Below, one piece after another: positions 8,208 to 16,864 of a stretch of DNA of 64,000 nt. Position 1 is the first letter of the stretch. Every line of letters starts with the position of its first letter. The notes beneath the pieces are model-generated. The model saw only the letters and a program-made list of their open reading frames with translations, was not told where the DNA came from and did not search any database. The position numbers and the translations under genes were made by a program. The DNA is from Deltaproteobacteria bacterium HGW-Deltaproteobacteria-4. Its GTDB lineage: Bacteria; Desulfobacterota; Desulfuromonadia; Desulfuromonadales; UBA2197. The stretch is from NCBI GenBank assembly GCA_002841765.1, contig PHAV01000004.1:59075-123074 (forward strand), written 5' to 3'.

Positions 8208-8312
8208 AGTGCTAGAAATTGTGCTGGTCAGGATGTAACTGATTTTGTATATTGCTCCCCTGCGCCCGGCCTGAATTTATTGCCGCCGTTTATTTCGATG
8301 AAGGGAAACAGG

Positions 8313-8609
8313 ATGAAACACAATCAGCGATTGCAACGCGCCATTATTGAAGTTGTCGAAAATCAAATTGAAGCCAATGACCCGCCGGAAATCAAGCAAA
8401 CTTTAGCTCGTCTGGTTTCGGAAGGGTTTTCAATCCAAGCCGGGAAAGAGCTGATCGGTAATGTTGTTGTTGTCGAAGTTTTCGAGGTGCTCAAGGAGGG
8501 CAGACCTTTTGATCTTGATAGATATGTCGCCGCCCTCAACCGGCTTCCGGAACTGCCGCCGCTGCCAACAGCTGAATTGCCTACTGCACCTGTCACCTCG
8601 TCAAATTAA
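8313..8609 (+). CDS. Hypothetical small protein with Pro-rich tail
   Basis: ORF MKHNQRLQRAIIEVVENQIEANDPPEIKQTLARLVSEGF...LPELPPLPTAELPTAP. Start uncertain (8298 or 8313). Confidence 0.5.
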   Translation: MKHNQRLQRAIIEVVENQIEANDPPEIKQTLARLVSEGFSIQAGKELIGNVVVVEVFEVLKEGRPFDLDRYVAALNRLPELPPLPTAELPTAPVTSSN

Positions 8610-8626
8610 GGGTCAATGCCCCCTGG

Positions 8627-9382
8627 TTAGATGTTTAAAGGAGGATTGAGCTCCTGTTTGTCATTTAAGATGTTGAGCAGGAGGGGATGGAAGAAGGCGC
8701 TGGATTGCACTTTCTGCGTCCAGGTCTTCGCCATTCCATTGTTGATCTGGGCTGCAAGGTTGGTGGTGTAGGCAAGATAAACGAGCAAGGGGAAGTTGCC
8801 GCTGATCGCCCCTCCGGGGAGCAGGGTTTCCATCTGTTTGAGCACCCGTGTTTCGGCGTGCTGTGCGGCATTTTGTGTGCTTGCAACATAGTGCACGGGA
8901 TAGGCCACCACCGAACGCTCCAGAGATTCCAGATAAAGACGCTTCTCGAGCGGATCGAGGGTCGAAAAATCGACACAGCACCATTCAGCCGGTTTGGTGG
9001 AGAGGAGGGCACGACAGGCAAGGGGGCGCTGCGCATAGATACTGCAACAACCGCTGCCGTCAAGAAAAGGGCAGGGGCCGATAGCCGAGCGCTGCTTGCG
9101 CAGGACACTGAGAAAGTCGCCGGCACCGGACAGGCTCTCCCGCTGTCGCAAAACATATTCCTGCAGCTTGTACGCTTGCATCGCATCGAGTTCCTCGGCA
9201 ACGAGTAGCGCTTCCACCAGGGTCGACTGCACAAAGAGAGTGCAACAGTTCGAGCATTGCGCCGCACAGAAAATACGTCTTCCCTTTGTAGTGTACTCTT
9301 TCTGCCATTCCGCTATGAGCCCGTCGAGATCAGCCGCCTCGTTTTTTACCGTTTCCTTTAAGTTTTCCCACTGTTCTTTCAA
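8627..9382 (-). CDS. YkgJ-family cysteine-cluster (CxxCxxCC-type) putative Fe-S/Zn protein
   Basis: CAAQCSNCCTLFV cluster near the N-terminus plus a second Cys group (GPCPFLDGSGCCSIY). Confidence 0.7.
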   Translation of the reverse strand: MKEQWENLKETVKNEAADLDGLIAEWQKEYTTKGRRIFCAAQCSNCCTLFVQSTLVEALLVAEELDAMQAYKLQEYVLRQRESLSGAGDFLSVLRKQRSAIGPCPFLDGSGCCSIYAQRPLACRALLSTKPAEWCCVDFSTLDPLEKRLYLESLERSVVAYPVHYVASTQNAAQHAETRVLKQMETLLPGGAISGNFPLLVYLAYTTNLAAQINNGMAKTWTQKVQSSAFFHPLLLNILNDKQELNPPLNI

Positions 9383-10956
9383 CGTAAGACTCCAATAATA
9401 TTATTTTTTTCTAGAAGATTAAGCAAAATCACCTGGATGTTGTCGTGGCACTCCCTGCCGGTATCGATGGTGATGGCATTCTCTTTGGCCGTGGGACGAA
9501 CGAAGCTGCTCAGCTGCTGCTGCAAAATTTCCGGTCGGCCGTCCGAGGAATCAGTCCCCTCCTCCCAGCGTTGTGTCAGGCGTTGGCGGGTCAGTTCTTC
9601 GTCACAATGAAGATAAAGCAGGACAAAAGGAAGACCGGCGGCGGATGCGAGTTGACGGAAGCGCTGGCGTTCTTCTTGATCGCCAAAGGCGGCATCGACA
9701 ATCACGCTCTGTCCGGTGGCAATTTCGCTGCCAGCTAGTTTAAGCAACTGCTCATAGGTCTGGCGCGAACGGACCGGAGCATACAGTCCCTCACCAAAGG
9801 CCGCGGGGTGATGCTGGCGGGGATCGAGTCCGAACAACTCCTTGCGGACGATGTCAGAGCGCAGATGCGTCCCTCTGACCGCCAGGGACAAGGCACGACT
9901 GAGCGTGGTCTTGCCGACCCCCATCGTGCCGCAGGTAATGAAGAGGGTGGGAGGAACCAGATAACCGAGGGCGAGGTCAAAGTATTCTTTGGCGCGTTGT
10001 CTTGCCGCCATCTGCTCTTTTTCCGGCAGTTCCGGATCATCGACGAGGAAGCTGTTTACCTTGCCGCGCACAAAAGCCCGATAGATTTCGTAAAAACGCA
10101 GCAGGGCCGGGTCGATCTCCTCACCCAGAAGGGAGCTCCAGGTCTGTTCGATGATCCTGGCGAGATCCTGCCTCCCCCGTTTGTCGAGATCCATCAGCAA
10201 AAAGGCAAGGTCGGCAAGGATATCACCGACACGAAAGCGGCGGTTGAATTCGATGCAATCGTAGATGCAGATCGGATAGGTGAGGCAGATATGGTCGGCG
10301 TGCAGATCGCCATGCCCGTCGCGTACCCGGCCGGCGGCTTCCCGCTCCTGCATCTGGCGTCGCAGATTATCGATGGCCAGATGCATGCGCTCCCGGAGCA
10401 GGTCGAGAGCCTCCGATCGAATCGTCACACCGGCGTACTGTTCAGTCTGGTTAAAGTTCTCTTCCCAGTTGCGTTGCACCACCGTTGCCACATCCTCAGC
10501 ATCTCCCCGACAGATCTGACAGTCCTGATGCATCTGCGCCAGAGAAGTGCCGAGCCGCACCACTTCCTCCGGCAGACTCGGATCGTTGCGTTCGACGAGG
10601 CGGTCGAGCATCCGCTCTTCCGGGAGGCGGCTCATGACCACGGCGTATTCGATAATCTCCCCCTCCTGGCCGTCGATCAAGAGCTCGCCGTTATGGAGGC
10701 GGATCGGCACGACGCCAAGGTAGGTATCCGGCGCAAAACGGCGATTGAGCAGGATTTCCTGTTGACAAAAATGGTGGCGCCGCTCAAGGGTGCTAAAGTC
10801 GAGAAAGCCGAGATTGACCGGTTTTTTGATCTTGTAGACCTTTTGATCGGTCAGATAAACACAGGAAGCATGGGTTTCGCGAAGTTCGATCGTGCCGGGC
10901 GGGGAGGGGTAGACATGCGGATCAAGCAGGCGCTGATGCAGTTCTTCCGGGGTCAT
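9379..10956 (-). CDS. Bifunctional aminoglycoside-phosphotransferase-like kinase / P-loop ATP-binding protein
   Basis: N-terminal APH/kinase-like region (HGDLHADHI catalytic-loop-like, DCIEFNRRFRVGDILADLAFL). C-terminal P-loop CGTMGVGKTT. 4-nt overlap with the downstream ykgJ-like gene. Confidence 0.8.
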   Translation of the reverse strand: MTPEELHQRLLDPHVYPSPPGTIELRETHASCVYLTDQKVYKIKKPVNLGFLDFSTLERRHHFCQQEILLNRRFAPDTYLGVVPIRLHNGELLIDGQEGEIIEYAVVMSRLPEERMLDRLVERNDPSLPEEVVRLGTSLAQMHQDCQICRGDAEDVATVVQRNWEENFNQTEQYAGVTIRSEALDLLRERMHLAIDNLRRQMQEREAAGRVRDGHGDLHADHICLTYPICIYDCIEFNRRFRVGDILADLAFLLMDLDKRGRQDLARIIEQTWSSLLGEEIDPALLRFYEIYRAFVRGKVNSFLVDDPELPEKEQMAARQRAKEYFDLALGYLVPPTLFITCGTMGVGKTTLSRALSLAVRGTHLRSDIVRKELFGLDPRQHHPAAFGEGLYAPVRSRQTYEQLLKLAGSEIATGQSVIVDAAFGDQEERQRFRQLASAAGLPFVLLYLHCDEELTRQRLTQRWEEGTDSSDGRPEILQQQLSSFVRPTAKENAITIDTGRECHDNIQVILLNLLEKNNIIGVLR

Positions 10957-11070
10957 GGCTACCTTCTGGAGTCAGATTTGATGCAATCGTTCCAGTTTAG
11001 CACGGCTTTATTCTCTGTAAAGGTCTTTTGTGCTGACTTCATTTCACTGTTAGTGAGTTGGCTACGTGAC

Positions 11071-11105
11071 AGGGGCGGCTCCCTGTGGCTGCCCGCTTTG
11101 TCCTT
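11071..11105 (+). repeat. Second-family REP-like hairpin unit, copy A (AGGGGCGGCTCCCTGTGGCTGCCCGCTTTGTCCTT)
   Basis: A direct repeat of copy B lies 296 nt downstream. The hairpin GGGCGGCT/GGCTGCCC is imperfect. Confidence 0.55.
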
Positions 11106-11239
11106 CCGATTTCAACCGAACAAGTTCCGGGGGTTGCGCCCCCAACGACGCCCTACTTCTTTTCCTTGCCGGAAAGAAGTAGGCAAGAAAAGGCACCCCA
11201 ATCGTCTGGCCCTCTACGCGGGTTCCCTGCGTCCGGCAG

Positions 11240-11303
11240 ACGTTTGGCGGGCGGACAAAAACTCGCTGCGCTCAGACATTTGTCCGCCGTTATCGCCAAA
11301 CGT
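11240..11303. repeat. Long imperfect hairpin: ACGTTTGGCGGGCGGACAAA ... TTTGTCCGCC(GTTAT)CGCCAAACGT
   Basis: 20-bp arms with a 5-nt bulge and 19-nt loop, read directly. Non-coding context. Confidence 0.6.
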
Positions 11304-11367
11304 CCACCGCGCTCCGGCGGCGGCGAAAGGGGGGAAGACCAATCCCGAAATCCTATAGATTATTGAT

Positions 11368-11401
11368 AGGGGCGGCCCTTGTGGCCGCCCGTTTTGGTCT
11401 T
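11368..11401 (+). repeat. Second-family REP-like hairpin unit, copy B (AGGGGCGGCCCTTGTGGCCGCCCGTTTTGGTCTT)
   Basis: Perfect 8-bp stem GGGCGGCC/GGCCGCCC with a 5-nt loop. Same orientation as copy A. Confidence 0.6.
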
Positions 11402-11784
11402 AAGCTCACCTCCTTGCTTAAGGAGGACCCAAACAACGGGACTAAGGGGCCGGGGGTGGTAGGTTTCGCCGTCTACTGGGGATCTCGGCTGACAGCCTCA
11501 ATCACCGGCCACAAGCCAGCATCCCGCCGGGATGCGACAGCAGAACCCGGAGGGTTCACAGCAATTAGCCGGTGGTCGAGCGAAGCGATACCACCGGGTC
11601 ACGTGGACGCCGCCGCGCCGATAACATTGGTCACCGGGCGCGATGGTTTTTCCAATGTTGACGCAATGTTGCATTGACATGTCGGGTGTCGGCAGTGTAA
11701 ATAGTCAGGACATTTTTCATGCGCCTGGTTTAAGGCGGTTAAAGTGAGGGATTTGAGATGGGTAGAGGGATAATGGATCGATAA

Positions 11785-11826
11785 TGCCGCCTGGTCAGCA
11801 ATGTGCTGATGGATGGCATTTTTTTT
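11785..11826 (+). terminator. Candidate Rho-independent terminator or attenuator 170 nt upstream of the GGDEF gene
   Basis: TGCCGCCTGGTCAGCA-ATG-TGCTGATGGATGGCA followed by T8. The stem is imperfect. Confidence 0.45.
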
Positions 11827-11995
11827 GAGCGATGATTTGGGGATTTCCGTTTGTCAAGTTTGACCCCTTAGACTCATTTCAGCAGGACCCGGTCGCAACC
11901 TTCTGGAGTCGTGGCTCAGATATTGTGAAGTAATATAGTCAGGTTGGCGTAGTATGTTTGGTCGGGAATACTCTGGAGTCGGAAGGTAAGAGAAC

Positions 11996-13744
11996 GTGGC
12001 CGCAAATCTCCACAAGACAAAAATCAGGCAGATAGTTTCACGGCAAGTCATCAGCGTCAGCGCCGATGCGACCGTGGCCGAGGCAGTTGGCATCATGTCC
12101 CGCAACGGCATAAGCTGTGTGGTTGTAGAAGAAAAGAAAAAGCCTCTCGGTATATTCACGGAGCGGGACCTGGTGAAGCTATCCGACCGCTATGAAGCCT
12201 CCAAAAATCTTCCCATCTGCTCATTCATGTCCAGTCCGGTGGTCTCAATTGCCGGACATCTGACGGTATTTGAGGCCTACAGTCTCTTGATAGCCAACAG
12301 GATTCGCCATCAAGTGGTGGTGGACAAAGGCGGCAGGCTGCTGGGGGTTCTGAGCCAGTCCGATATCATAAGCTTCCTTGGCCTCGAATATTTCATGGAG
12401 CTGAGGAAGATTCAGCAGATAATGACAAGTGATGTCGCCTGCATCGCACCTGGAGCAAAACTTTCTGAAGCGCTGGCGATCATGGCCCGGTCCGATATCA
12501 GCTGCGTGATTGTGGAACAAGCCGGCCGGCCGGCCGGCATTATCACGGAGCGGGATGTAGCCAGGTTGGTGGCTGAGGGGGTTCAGTCGGAGACGGTCTC
12601 GGCAGGATCTGTCATGAGCAGTCCGGTACGGGTCATTCAGGCCGGTGATACGGTCCACAAGGCTGCCGCCCTCATGAAACAGGAGGGGATACGGAGGGTC
12701 GTGGTGGTGAACGACGAAGGGGGGACCGCCGGCATCATTACCCAGACCGATGTGATTAAGGGTCTGGAAGGGGAGTACATCGAATCCCTGAAGGAGATCA
12801 TTCGGGAAAAGGAGGATATTTTTCAGCAGACCGCCAATGATCTCCTGAACAAGTCAGCCTTTCTCGACAGCATTCTCAGATCGGTAACCGACACGGCTAT
12901 CATAGCCACTGATTCGGAGTTTGGTGTCAAGTATTTAAATCCGGTGGCAGAGCAGGTACTTGCCTGTTTCCCTTTTTCGGCCACCGGCAGCAAGATTTTT
13001 GAGCTGAAGGCACTGGAAGGCGAAATCGCCGAAACTCTGCAGGGCGCTCTTGAGCATGCCTGTAAGCGAGGCAAGGCGTCCTTTGTCGGCCAAATTTCGC
13101 AAAACGGGCAGACCCGTTACTATCAGACCAATCTGTCAAGTATACTGAACCGTCAGGCGGCATTGGTGGGGTATGTCATCATGATGAATGACATCACCGA
13201 ACAACGGCAGCAACAGGAGACTATCCGGCACCTAGCATTCCATGACGCCCTGACCGGCCTTCCAAACAGGGTGCTTCTCAGCGAGCGACTGAACCAGGCG
13301 CTGGTTTCCTGTCACCGCAGCGGCACCAGGGGGTCGCTTATGATTCTTGATCTCGATCGCTTCAAGGATATCAATGATACCCTGGGACACAGCATGGGTG
13401 ACCTGCTCCTGAAGGGGGTGGCCGAGAGGCTCAACACCCTGTTACGAAAAAGTGACACGGTCTCTCGCATGGGTGGCGATGAATTTGTGATATTGTTTCC
13501 CCTTGTTAATCACCCGGACGGGGTGTCCGTGGTAGCCGGCAAGATAGTGGAAGCCTTTCGGGAACCCTTTGTCTGCGACGGCCATGTCTTGAGTGTCACA
13601 GCAAGTTTGGGTATAGCCGATTTTCCCGATGATGGTGACGACAACGATACCTTGCTGAAAAAGGCCGACATCGCCCTTTATCGTGTCAAGGAGGCTGGGA
13701 GAAACGGTTTCCAGCGTTATGCCGAACAGGTGACCGTTGACTGA
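11996..13744 (+). CDS. Diguanylate cyclase with two CBS pairs, PAS domain and GGDEF domain
   Basis: Repeated CBS-like segments in the N-terminal half and a PAS-like middle. The GGDEF domain has DLDRFKDINDTLGHSMGD...RMGGDEFVILF. The specificity position is a canonical Asp (GHSMGD), so it is not a Hypr/cGAMP-type GGDEF. GTG start. Confidence 0.9.
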   Translation: MAANLHKTKIRQIVSRQVISVSADATVAEAVGIMSRNGISCVVVEEKKKPLGIFTERDLVKLSDRYEASKNLPICSFMSSPVVSIAGHLTVFEAYSLLIANRIRHQVVVDKGGRLLGVLSQSDIISFLGLEYFMELRKIQQIMTSDVACIAPGAKLSEALAIMARSDISCVIVEQAGRPAGIITERDVARLVAEGVQSETVSAGSVMSSPVRVIQAGDTVHKAAALMKQEGIRRVVVVNDEGGTAGIITQTDVIKGLEGEYIESLKEIIREKEDIFQQTANDLLNKSAFLDSILRSVTDTAIIATDSEFGVKYLNPVAEQVLACFPFSATGSKIFELKALEGEIAETLQGALEHACKRGKASFVGQISQNGQTRYYQTNLSSILNRQAALVGYVIMMNDITEQRQQQETIRHLAFHDALTGLPNRVLLSERLNQALVSCHRSGTRGSLMILDLDRFKDINDTLGHSMGDLLLKGVAERLNTLLRKSDTVSRMGGDEFVILFPLVNHPDGVSVVAGKIVEAFREPFVCDGHVLSVTASLGIADFPDDGDDNDTLLKKADIALYRVKEAGRNGFQRYAEQVTVD

Positions 13745-13774
13745 CCTCCCCTTAGACAATCCGTAGCGATTATC

Positions 13775-13813
13775 GAAAATTCGCCGCCCTCCAGCCGAGG
13801 GCGGCGAATTTTC
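13775..13813. terminator. Bidirectional intrinsic terminator between convergent GGDEF and lutB/A genes
   Basis: GAAAATTCGCCGCCCT-N7-AGGGCGGCGAATTTTC, a 16-bp perfect stem flanked by A/T runs. Confidence 0.8.
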
Positions 13814-13816
13814 TCT

Positions 13817-15928
13817 TCAACCCATCCGTTCCCGCACCAGCGTCGCGGTATGTTCAACCCGAATCTTGCTGCCGCTCGCCTCCAATCCCCCCTCAATCTG
13901 CAACTTGCAACCAGGACAATCGACCGCAAGAATACCAGCCCCGGTCTCGTTAATATTCGCCAGCTTATTCTTCAACACTTCCTGTGAAATCTCCGGATAT
14001 TTGATGCTGTAAGAACCGCCAAAACCACAGCACTTGTCGCAGTCGGTCATCTCCTGAATCTCGGCATTTGCCAATTCCCGCAACACCTGCCTCGGCTCTT
14101 CATGGATCCCGCAGCCCCGTTTCAAATGACAGGCATCGTGGTAGGTCACGACCTGTTTCTCGCCGCCTTCCTGCCCTTTGCTCGCATCGATCTTCCGCGC
14201 CGCCAGCTCCGAATAATTGAAGGTCTTCGCTGCCAATTTCTGCGCCTTCTCCGCATAAAGCGGATCATCTGCCAAGAGTTTCACGAAGTCGTGGGTGATC
14301 GACATGGTGCAGGTCGGGCAGATGGTGACGACAAAATAGGCCTCTTCGCTGAGGAGAACGTCGATGTTGAGCTTGGCCATCTCCCGCGCCGCATCCATTT
14401 CGCCGGAATAACGGGCAGGGATGCCGCAGCAGGATTGTTCCTGCGGGAAGGCGACGCTGTAGCCGAGCTTCTCCAACGATTCGACGGTGTCACTGCACAT
14501 CTCCGGGTAGACAAAATCGGCGAGACAGCCGGAGTAGAAGAGGACCTTTTCCTGCTGCGGGGCGAGGGCAGGGGTGGTTGGCCGTTTGAGCATCAGATCG
14601 CGAAACGGGACTTCGGCAATCGGCGGCAGCGAACGGTTGGCGGTTTCGCGATTAAGCACCATCGGCAGGTGACGAATCCGTCCGCCGGCGCTCTGGAAGG
14701 GTTTCTGGGCGAGATAAGCGGCGCGCAGGGCGGCATGGAAGAGTTTGCGGTTCTTCATCATCGTCCCGAACATGAACTTCTGGCCAAAGGGTTTGCGGAT
14801 CTTGTCGCGCAGATCGACGATCAGCCCTTCGATATCGATCTCGGCAGCGCAGACTTCGTTGCATTTGCGGCAGCCGATGCAGAGTTTGAGGATCTCTTCG
14901 GCTTTGTCGAAGCCGTGGAAGAAGGGGGTGAGGACCAGGCCGATGCCGCCGACGTAGATATGGCCGAAGACATGACCGCCGACGATTTCGTAGATCGGGC
15001 AGACGTTGGCGCAGGCGCCGCATTTGACACATTGCAAGGCGGTCTGGAACTCCGGGTTGGCGGCGAGAGCGACGCGGCCGTTGTCGAGGAGGACGATGTG
15101 CAGTTCGCGGCCATCGCCCCCGGTCGGCCCTTTGATGAAGGAGAGGTAGGAGGTGAGCTTCTGGCCGGTGGCATTCTTGGGGAGGACTTCGATGACATCG
15201 AGAGCTTCGTCGAGGGAGGGGACGATCTTTTCGACGCCGATCAGGGCAATGTGGGTCTGGGGCAGGGTGGTGACGAGGCGGGCATTTCCCTCGTTGGTGA
15301 TGAGCGCTATGGCGCCGCTGTCGGCCATGGCCACGTTCGCCCCGGACATGCCGACCTGACCGGTGAGAAAGCCGCTGCGCAGAGTTTCGCGGGCCTTTTG
15401 CACAAGAAAGGGGATATCAGCCGGGCAGTCGCTGCCGATCTCCTTGGCGAAGAGTTCTGCCACCTCTTCCTTGTTTTTGTGAATCGCCGGCATGACCATG
15501 TGCGAGGGCCGCTCGCCGGCGAGTTGGATGATCCATTCGCCGAGATCGGTCTCCAGACAGCGGACGCCGCGCGCTTCAAGGTAGTGATTAAGTTCGATCT
15601 CTTCTGAAGTCATCGCTTTCGATTTGACAAGAAAATCGGCGTTTTTGCTCTGGATGATCTCAAAGATAGTGCGGTTGGCGTCTTCCGGGGTGCGGCAGAA
15701 ATGGACGATAGCGCCGGCCTTTTCTGCGCTGGCGGTGAACTGGGCGATCAGCTCCAGTAACCGCTGGAGTCCTGCCAGCTTGCTGACGGCGATGCGATGG
15801 CGCAGCGCTGCAAAGTCGATCCCTTCAAAGGCCTTGGCCCGGGCGATCGGGTAAGCGGTGGCAAAATTCTTCAATGCTTTGCGCAGGAAGGTGTTGTTGA
15901 TATTGGTGTTGATCCGTTTGTCAGCCAT
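13817..15928 (-). CDS. lutB: Lactate utilization Fe-S protein, LutB (LUD + 2x[4Fe-4S]) fused to LutA-like CCG-domain protein
   Basis: N-terminal LutB-like LUD region, CVKCGACANVCP and CIGCRKCNEVC ferredoxin motifs, and two C-terminal CCG cysteine-rich repeats (...SCCGIPARYSG, ...DKCCGFGGSYS). Confidence 0.85.
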   Translation of the reverse strand: MADKRINTNINNTFLRKALKNFATAYPIARAKAFEGIDFAALRHRIAVSKLAGLQRLLELIAQFTASAEKAGAIVHFCRTPEDANRTIFEIIQSKNADFLVKSKAMTSEEIELNHYLEARGVRCLETDLGEWIIQLAGERPSHMVMPAIHKNKEEVAELFAKEIGSDCPADIPFLVQKARETLRSGFLTGQVGMSGANVAMADSGAIALITNEGNARLVTTLPQTHIALIGVEKIVPSLDEALDVIEVLPKNATGQKLTSYLSFIKGPTGGDGRELHIVLLDNGRVALAANPEFQTALQCVKCGACANVCPIYEIVGGHVFGHIYVGGIGLVLTPFFHGFDKAEEILKLCIGCRKCNEVCAAEIDIEGLIVDLRDKIRKPFGQKFMFGTMMKNRKLFHAALRAAYLAQKPFQSAGGRIRHLPMVLNRETANRSLPPIAEVPFRDLMLKRPTTPALAPQQEKVLFYSGCLADFVYPEMCSDTVESLEKLGYSVAFPQEQSCCGIPARYSGEMDAAREMAKLNIDVLLSEEAYFVVTICPTCTMSITHDFVKLLADDPLYAEKAQKLAAKTFNYSELAARKIDASKGQEGGEKQVVTYHDACHLKRGCGIHEEPRQVLRELANAEIQEMTDCDKCCGFGGSYSIKYPEISQEVLKNKLANINETGAGILAVDCPGCKLQIEGGLEASGSKIRVEHTATLVRERMG

Positions 15929-15930
15929 GA

Positions 15931-16545
15931 CTATTCCCCCTCCAGCAGCAGAATGTGCAGTTCTTTGGGGCCGTGCACACCGATGGTCAGCACCCGTTCG
16001 ATATCAGCGGTGCGGGAAGGGCCGGTGGTGATCGAAAAATAAGTCGGGCCGGCTCCAAGAAGTTGTGCTTTGAGGGACGCGCTGAGGTCACGCAGGGTCG
16101 GAACGATCGATGAAGTGCGGAGAAAGACCGCATGCTTGGTCGCCAGGGCGGTGGCGGCGCGCTCGGCCGGATCAGTGAGTTGCACCAGGATGCTGCCGGT
16201 CGCGGCAATCCCCGCTTCCGCAAAGCTGATACAGAGCGTGGCATCCGCCGCCGTGCTCAGGTCGCTTAGAATCAGGCCCGCAAGGTGCGCATTCAGTTCA
16301 TCGGGGAGAGTGGAAGCGCAGATGCTCCCGCCGGCGGCAAGCTCCTGTAAAAGCGAACTCAGTTCCTTCGATGTAGAGAAGTGCCGCCCGGCTGCGTTTG
16401 CAGCCCCCAGGCCTGAACCGCAGCTGTGGACCTCTGCTCCGATCACCTGTGCTGCGACCCTGAATTTTTCGACCGTGGTTTCATTCATTGAATTCTTCTC
16501 CGGCGCTGTTGCTGGAATCTGGCAGTTAAGTAGAGGTCTTACCAT
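15931..16545 (-). CDS. lutC: Lactate utilization protein C (LUD domain)
   Basis: Size, position directly upstream of lutB, and the C-terminal ...TGPSRTADIERVLTIGVHGPKELHILLLE motif typical of LutC/YkgG. Confidence 0.8.
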   Translation of the reverse strand: MVRPLLNCQIPATAPEKNSMNETTVEKFRVAAQVIGAEVHSCGSGLGAANAAGRHFSTSKELSSLLQELAAGGSICASTLPDELNAHLAGLILSDLSTAADATLCISFAEAGIAATGSILVQLTDPAERAATALATKHAVFLRTSSIVPTLRDLSASLKAQLLGAGPTYFSITTGPSRTADIERVLTIGVHGPKELHILLLEGE

Positions 16546-16864
16546 TTATAGTTATCTGATAATAGGTGGAAAAATGAGGAGATGTCAATTGCGAAAATAA
16601 CAATGTTTCTGCTTTCTTTGTTTGAATAGGGTTTGCATTCCCGCCTATTCACGAAATTATTATCGTTTTAGCATTTTTTCTGGTTCTATTTTTATAGATA
16701 CAGAACGTCTTTCTATTTTCCGCTTGACAGAAGACGGGCACCTCATTAATCTGGTAAAAAAATAAATGGTAAGGCCAATTATTTGAAATGTCATTTCCCC
16801 CTTGGCCGCCAGTCTTAACGTTGAGGAATTCAGAACCGCACCGCACCGAGGAAAGGAACCTGTC

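Noticed and set aside
7980-8280. The AT-rich island plus DnaA boxes could be read as the chromosomal origin (oriC).
   Set aside because: Only one consensus box and one near-consensus box are present. There is no dnaA, dnaN, gidA or parAB context, and I could not define a clear DUE-type repeated AT 13-mer. It is more parsimonious as an operator or promoter region.
11085-11677. ORF-track entries 11085-11366(+), 11363-11677(+) and 11498-11680(-) could be protein-coding genes.
   Set aside because: They have no RBS or family motifs. The products are Pro/Arg/Gly-rich and coincide exactly with hairpin repeats, so they are most likely translated repeat or ncRNA sequence.
10962-11980. The recurrent motif TCTGGAGTC occurs at about 10966, 11903 and 11971, and also at 22004 and 22964.
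   Set aside because: Two of the five copies lie inside or next to unrelated coding sequence (it encodes Leu-Glu-Ser). A 9-mer at this copy number in 64 kb of biased composition is not clearly above chance, and it has no dyad symmetry.
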